Positions 16,052-20,539 of a DNA stretch of 20,539 nucleotides are shown here, one piece after another. The position numbers were made by a program, and so were the translations under genes. Position 1 is the stretch's first letter; the number at the start of each line of letters is the position of its first letter. The notes beneath the pieces are model-generated. The model was not told where the DNA came from and did not search any database. It was given only the letters and a program-made list of their open reading frames with translations. Source of the stretch: Bdellovibrionota bacterium (lineage in GTDB: Bacteria > Bdellovibrionota_C > UBA2361 > JBGSMV01); contig JBGSMV010000060.1 in assembly GCA_041739995.1 (NCBI GenBank), positions 1-20,539 of the forward strand, given 5' to 3'.

Positions 16052-17653
16052 CTATCCGTTAATTATACCGTTTGGACACGCGCAACAGCAGTCGAGCGTT
16101 GGCCCCAAGTTGGTGTCCCATGCTCTGCATTCTGGCTCCGCTGGGCCTGGTGGATCTGTGCACTGCGGATCGCCAGGTCGCGGGTCGAAGCACTCCGCAG
16201 GGCAACCACTTGGAGTCGGAGTGTTGGTTGCTGTAGCGGTCGGTGAAGTAGTGGCGGTAGCGCTTGGAGTAGCCGTGTGTGTCGGAGTGCCGGTGCTTGT
16301 TGGTGTCCGTGTTCGAGTAGGTGTGCGGGTATTCGTCGCTGTGCCTGTTGCGGTGGCGGTGCCAGTGGCGGTGCGGGTTGCGGTTGCAGTAGCAGTCGAT
16401 GTTGCCGTTCCTGTATTAGTTGGAGTTCCGGTTTCCGTAGCCGTCCCGGTTGCAGTTCCTGTTGCGGTTGCAGTTCCCGTGTTCGTTGGCGTAGCAGTTT
16501 GAGTCGCTGTTACGGTTACGGTTGGCGTCATGGTCGCGGTGGCCGTATTAGTTGCAGTGCCGGTATGAGTCGGCGTTCCAGTCTCCGTTGGTGTGGCAGT
16601 AATCGTAGCGGTTGCAGTGGCCGTTCCAGTTGCAGTAGGCGTTACTGTCTCCGTGGCTGTGCTTGTTACTGTTGGTGTTGATGTGGCGGTGCCTGTAGCG
16701 GTTGCTGTGCCGGTCTGCGTAGCTGTGCCAGTTTGGGTTGCAGTTCCCGTACTGGTAGCCGTGACGGTGGCTGTTCCCGTTGCGGTCGGTGTCTCCGAAG
16801 GTAACGACGTTGGAGTCTCGGTTGGAGTTGCCGTCGAGGTCGTTGTTGGCGTCGCTGTTGCGGTTTGCGAAGGCACTGGAGGGAGACGTCCAAGACCGAA
16901 CTTGCCGGATTTCCGAAATCCAAGGGCGGAGGCACTGATTCTAAATTCACTCAGAAAAAACGGAATAATTGGTCGAAAGGTAACTTCGATGCGAGCCGCG
17001 AGCGGATTCTCTTGAAACACAGTGTCCCATGTTTCAAGGGGAGAGGGCCAATAGAGCGGAGGAACAGAGTCTTCTCCGCGCAGAGGGTGCCACTCCCGGC
17101 CCGATGCAGGGGGGACGCGGTCCATAAACTCTCCAGGGCGAAGAAAGCCAATTGGAGAATTTCTTGTAATGAGACCGCTCCATGCGTCATAGCTTGCGGC
17201 GCCGACCGCGTCATATTCGGCTTTGTTGTACATTCGGAATGCGACGAGCTCAGCCATCCCGCCACTTGCAGGGGGGGAGGCGACTAACGAAGCAGTGCGA
17301 AGTGCTCGCGAGGTTGGCCCAACGAGCTGAAGGATGAAATCATTAAAGGTTTGGCACTGAGCGAGGTTAGTGGGGTTCGAGGTGCAGAAAGTTTCAGTGG
17401 TCTCAATCTCCATTGCGAATTTAGTCGCATCGTCAATCGCCTGATGTGCGCTAAGAGAGAGAAATATGGAAATCAGGAAGTAGCGACAAAGGTCGATGAA
17501 GGCAAGAAGAGTAAGTAGGAAGACGGGGAGCACTATGATCGCTTCCACGAGCGAGACCCCACGCACATAGTGCGATCGCGGAGGCGATTTTCGGATCTTA
17601 CCTGTGCTGTGCATACGTCCAGCAAGAAACCCCAAAAACCTGCTCCTGTCCAT
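16052..17653 (-). CDS. TadE-like minor pilin with long Thr-rich stalk and Cys-rich tip
   Basis: RG|VSLVE AIIVLPVFLLTLLAFIDLCR TadE motif; ~220-aa (T-x)n tract; 8 Cys in the last ~50 aa (…DCCCACP). Confidence 0.85.
   Translation of the reverse strand: MDRSRFLGFLAGRMHSTGKIRKSPPRSHYVRGVSLVEAIIVLPVFLLTLLAFIDLCRYFLISIFLSLSAHQAIDDATKFAMEIETTETFCTSNPTNLAQCQTFNDFILQLVGPTSRALRTASLVASPPASGGMAELVAFRMYNKAEYDAVGAASYDAWSGLITRNSPIGFLRPGEFMDRVPPASGREWHPLRGEDSVPPLYWPSPLETWDTVFQENPLAARIEVTFRPIIPFFLSEFRISASALGFRKSGKFGLGRLPPVPSQTATATPTTTSTATPTETPTSLPSETPTATGTATVTATSTGTATQTGTATQTGTATATGTATSTPTVTSTATETVTPTATGTATATATITATPTETGTPTHTGTATNTATATMTPTVTVTATQTATPTNTGTATATGTATGTATETGTPTNTGTATSTATATATRTATGTATATGTATNTRTPTRTRTPTSTGTPTHTATPSATATTSPTATATNTPTPSGCPAECFDPRPGDPQCTDPPGPAEPECRAWDTNLGPTLDCCCACPNGIING
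16211..16867 (-). repeat. Low-complexity coding repeat (TATATGTAT/TPT; 6-nt periodicity)
   Basis: Thr at almost every second codon with varied codons, so the repeat is degenerate at the DNA level. Confidence 0.9.
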
Positions 17654-18427
17654 CTATTCTCTTTGTTTTTAGGATCCTAAGCGAGTTTGTGGAGCGGTTA
17701 TTCCCGATAGCCGCCACCGTTCTTAACGACTTGATATTATTGAGATTAGAAGCGCCCATCCGTCTCGTGGACTCGATAAATGCAAAGGACGATGTGATGC
17801 GACATCGTCAACGCTAACGGAGCGAAGTGAGCACGTGGAGAAACTCTTTGATTAAGGACCCGACGGCTACTGAGAGCAAACTCTGAGCTTTTGAGTGCAA
17901 AATGCGCGGCGAAGTAGGACGCTTGATTCTGTTGGGTATCCCCAAACCGTTGGCGGGAACGCACGTGAAGCGTCTGCCCCTGAGATGTTATTAGAGATCG
18001 CAACTTCAAACGCGGGGCAGAGTGGTGAGTGTGATTCAAATCAGAATGCCTGCCAAATCGCTAGAGGCAGCTGAAATGCTCATGCGCCGAAGCGCGGTAA
18101 GCAAAGGAACCTTCTTTCTAGAACCTGGGAGCGACCTCTCGCCCTGGCCGGGTGGACACCCGCACTGTGTCCCCTGCAATTTGATCAAGGCGAATGCGAG
18201 GAGAGGAAACTAGGAAGGCAAGAAGTCGCAATGTGATGTCGCGTAATGACCCGGTGTTCAAATTAGCTCAGCCTTCAGGCTGGATCGCCAAACTGAATTT
18301 GCATGGCGTTGATTCACGGGTTAAGCATGGGCCCCATAGATGTTTAAACTCTTGCACGGCTAATTTGGGAGTGTGTGCCGCGCGAACCCGGGAGCTAATT
18401 CCCTCCGTCGCTTGTTGAGACAGCCCT

Positions 18428-19000
18428 GTGCCTAAGAACCATAACAGTGCTCCAGGCATTTCTCTGGGGAGGTTCCGTTTGCCACAAAGGATCGGTCAGG
18501 TCTTGTTTGCTGGGTTAGTGATGTCGATTGGGGCCTTTACTGTAGTCGCCGCTACCCGCATGGTCTTCCGCCAATCCTTCCCCTCAACTTCCATACATGT
18601 CGGTGATCTTAGAGTGGCCTATTTTGCGCAGACTTTAGGCGAGTTGAGGGTTCACCGGTCCGTCGAGAACGAACCCTTACTTATCGGAGGAGTGATGTAT
18701 CCATCCGGGATTGGAACGCATGCAAACTCTGAGGTGAAAGTTCGCTGGAGTAAGTCGGCGCGAGAATTCAAGGGGGGGTGCGGCATTCACGACAATGCAG
18801 GCCCTTTAGGAAGTATTGTTTGCAGTGTCGTCATAGGGACGCGGCGGGTTGCCGTATCCCCGTTGTTACGGCGGGGCGATCCTGCCTGGGAGTTCGTTGT
18901 TGGTGTCGGTGGAGTGACGGAATTGATGCTGATCGCCACTAACGGCGAAGATGGTTTCTCCCATGATCATGTGAACTGGGTAAATCTCAGGTTGCGATAG
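18428..19000 (+). CDS. Membrane-anchored NPCBM/NEW2 carbohydrate-binding domain protein
   Basis: One N-terminal TM helix; PLLIGGVMYPSGIGTHANSE, GIHD..G..GSI, SPLLRRGD, ELMLIATNGEDG.SHDHVNW motifs. Confidence 0.85.
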   Translation: MPKNHNSAPGISLGRFRLPQRIGQVLFAGLVMSIGAFTVVAATRMVFRQSFPSTSIHVGDLRVAYFAQTLGELRVHRSVENEPLLIGGVMYPSGIGTHANSEVKVRWSKSAREFKGGCGIHDNAGPLGSIVCSVVIGTRRVAVSPLLRRGDPAWEFVVGVGGVTELMLIATNGEDGFSHDHVNWVNLRLR

Positions 19001-19067
19001 ACTGGAGATGTGCGCTGACCTTCGACATAGGGGGTTGTTTCACGAGTCAAAAATGGAGTGACTGCGC

Positions 19068-20519
19068 ATGCTTGTTCCTCCGACAGTTCGGCGATTTTTT
19101 TCACGCAGCGGAGACGAACGATCGCAAGCCTATTTACTTGCGCTCCTTTTTCTTGTCCTTGCGGCACACCTCGCAGCTCGTGCTTGGAGCCGTTCCTATT
19201 TTGTGAATGGCTGGGATTTGCTCGGTCCGACGCGTGGATTGGTTGAACTGAGTCAGGGTTCGGCCCTTTCGGGATTCCTAAGTTTTTGGCGGACAAGCAT
19301 AGATTATGTCTATGGAGTGCCCTCCAATGGCCTGATATATGGTTGGCTTGCTGGGCTGCTCTATCAATTGAGTGGTACGGCCTTTATCTCTCACTATATT
19401 TCTCTAGGCGTACTTCTTCTCACGATTGTTTTGAGTCTTGGCCTTCTGCCATCTCAGTCAAAGGTGGTATTTCTTGGTTGCATTCTTTCATCTTCTTCGA
19501 TCATTTCATTCGGATTGATTGGAAACACCCCCATTACCGGCCCGCTTGGCGTGGTGCTAGCGCTGCGCCTCCTATTTGCTCAGCGCTTTAATGTGAGCCA
19601 TTGGGGCATGTGGCTCTTCGAGGTTCTTTTGTGGACTCTGCTCTATTGCTTTGGCTACCAAATCTACGAGGGTAGTAAGATATACCTAACTGCGCTTCCT
19701 TTCATCGGAGTGCTCACCCTTAACCAGATTCCCAAAATACGCCGAGCGACATGGGGGCTGGTTTCTATTTGCTTTTTCTACGGATATTTCCTGGCCGGTC
19801 ACAATGAAGTGCACGGGTATAGTTTTCCTTGGGGGTTTGATGAAATTCTGAGCGCTGCACAGTTGTATGTTTTTCATGCCTTCACTGATGAGAACTTAGA
19901 CCCTCCGTACCTCCTGGTATGCACGGCCGTTGCACTTTGTTTGGGTCCGAGACATCACCGCCTGTTTTGGCTTGGGGTTGCTGCGGTGTGCATGACTTCC
20001 GCAGTCTGCATGGCCTTCCAAGGCGCTCCTGCCATTCGACCAAGAAGGTTGCTAGTGAATCAGTATCTATTCTGCATAATCATCAGTGTGGCTTGGGAGA
20101 GTCTGCGTACGAGGGTCTTTCCTCGCCTGGTAGGAGCTGGGCTTATTGCGCATGGCATCGTCGCCAACTTGTTCGTCACCCTGACATTTTCCCTTTCAAC
20201 ATCGATGGGTCCGTTCTCACTTCCGAATTCCGGCGCTGCAACCGACTATAGAATCGATCGGGTAGCAGTTCACGAGGCGCATGCACTTGGCGCAATGATT
20301 GCGAGAGACTCCGCTACTTATATCATTCTCTATGGCTATTCACTGATGGCGGAGAATGAGGGAGACCCTCTTGCCCTACCGGAGCGACTCCTTCTTAACC
20401 CGATAAGCCTCATAAAAAAGGTTACCAAAGAGAAGCTGTTTGAGTGGTTGAAGCCTCATAATTCCAGTTACCGAACTTTTATAAGGTTCTGGAAATATGA
20501 GAGAAATAGTAGGTTTTGA
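19068..20519 (+). CDS. Polytopic membrane protein, possibly GT-C-fold glycosyltransferase; native sequence ends at 20400 and reads into the terminal repeat
   Basis: About 11-12 hydrophobic segments, acidic residue in the first loop (VNGWD), then a soluble C-terminal region. The last 38 aa (ISLIKK...NSRF) are encoded by the repeat. Confidence 0.7.
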   Translation: MLVPPTVRRFFSRSGDERSQAYLLALLFLVLAAHLAARAWSRSYFVNGWDLLGPTRGLVELSQGSALSGFLSFWRTSIDYVYGVPSNGLIYGWLAGLLYQLSGTAFISHYISLGVLLLTIVLSLGLLPSQSKVVFLGCILSSSSIISFGLIGNTPITGPLGVVLALRLLFAQRFNVSHWGMWLFEVLLWTLLYCFGYQIYEGSKIYLTALPFIGVLTLNQIPKIRRATWGLVSICFFYGYFLAGHNEVHGYSFPWGFDEILSAAQLYVFHAFTDENLDPPYLLVCTAVALCLGPRHHRLFWLGVAAVCMTSAVCMAFQGAPAIRPRRLLVNQYLFCIIISVAWESLRTRVFPRLVGAGLIAHGIVANLFVTLTFSLSTSMGPFSLPNSGAATDYRIDRVAVHEAHALGAMIARDSATYIILYGYSLMAENEGDPLALPERLLLNPISLIKKVTKEKLFEWLKPHNSSYRTFIRFWKYERNSRF

Positions 20520-20539
20520 CGAGTTAAAGCACCGCTACT
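20401..20539 (+). repeat. Right copy of the perfect 139-bp terminal inverted repeat
   Basis: Exact reverse complement of 2-140; contains the tandem sites at 20405-20432 and 20451-20478 and an ATG at 20497. Confidence 0.97.

Noticed and set aside
16110..17015. Val/Ala-rich (VAVAV) and Cys/Arg-rich ORFs on the + strand
   Set aside because: Antisense shadows of the Thr-rich tract of the TadE-like gene.
17654..18427. Short ORFs or a c-di-GMP riboswitch in the 770-bp divergent gap
   Set aside because: The ORFs lack protein-like features and I found no GEMM-type motif by eye; an Rfam scan would be needed to exclude an RNA.
20405..20478. Canonical chromosomal dif site or mini-CRISPR
   Set aside because: The XerD arm TTATGTTAAAT is not matched; there are only two imperfect units with an 18-bp gap, and no cas genes.
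1..20539. Linear phage or plasmid with terminal inverted repeats as the primary call
   Set aside because: No replication, terminal-protein or virion genes recognised; content is chromosomal and a gene is cut at the right junction. Kept only as a minor alternative.

Overview
Bacterial DNA at roughly 50-55% GC by eye. It is probably from Bdellovibrionota or a related deltaproteobacterial lineage, inferred from a Bd0055-like histone fold and several Tad minor pilins. The window is bounded by a perfect 139-bp inverted repeat (2-140 = reverse complement of 20401-20539; about 38% GC). Each copy carries two tandem 11-6-11 'CATAA-N6-TTAC' sites resembling tyrosine-recombinase sites, plus the start of an outward-reading ORF (MREIVGFDELKHRY...). 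The right copy appears to cut into a membrane-protein gene. No transposase, integrase or replication gene lies between the repeats. The interior holds a ZZ-zinc-finger/histone fusion, a SYLF (Ysc84) protein, a three-lipoprotein operon (one BamE/SmpA-like, two paralogues), DoxX, two secreted beta-propeller-type proteins and three orphan Tad minor pilins. One pilin is a TadG-vWA protein and one TadE has a ~220-aa Thr-rich stalk. There is also an NPCBM protein, a GT-C-like membrane protein and two pseudogenes that the ORF track shows only as fragments. All family calls come from motif recognition by eye; no searches were run.
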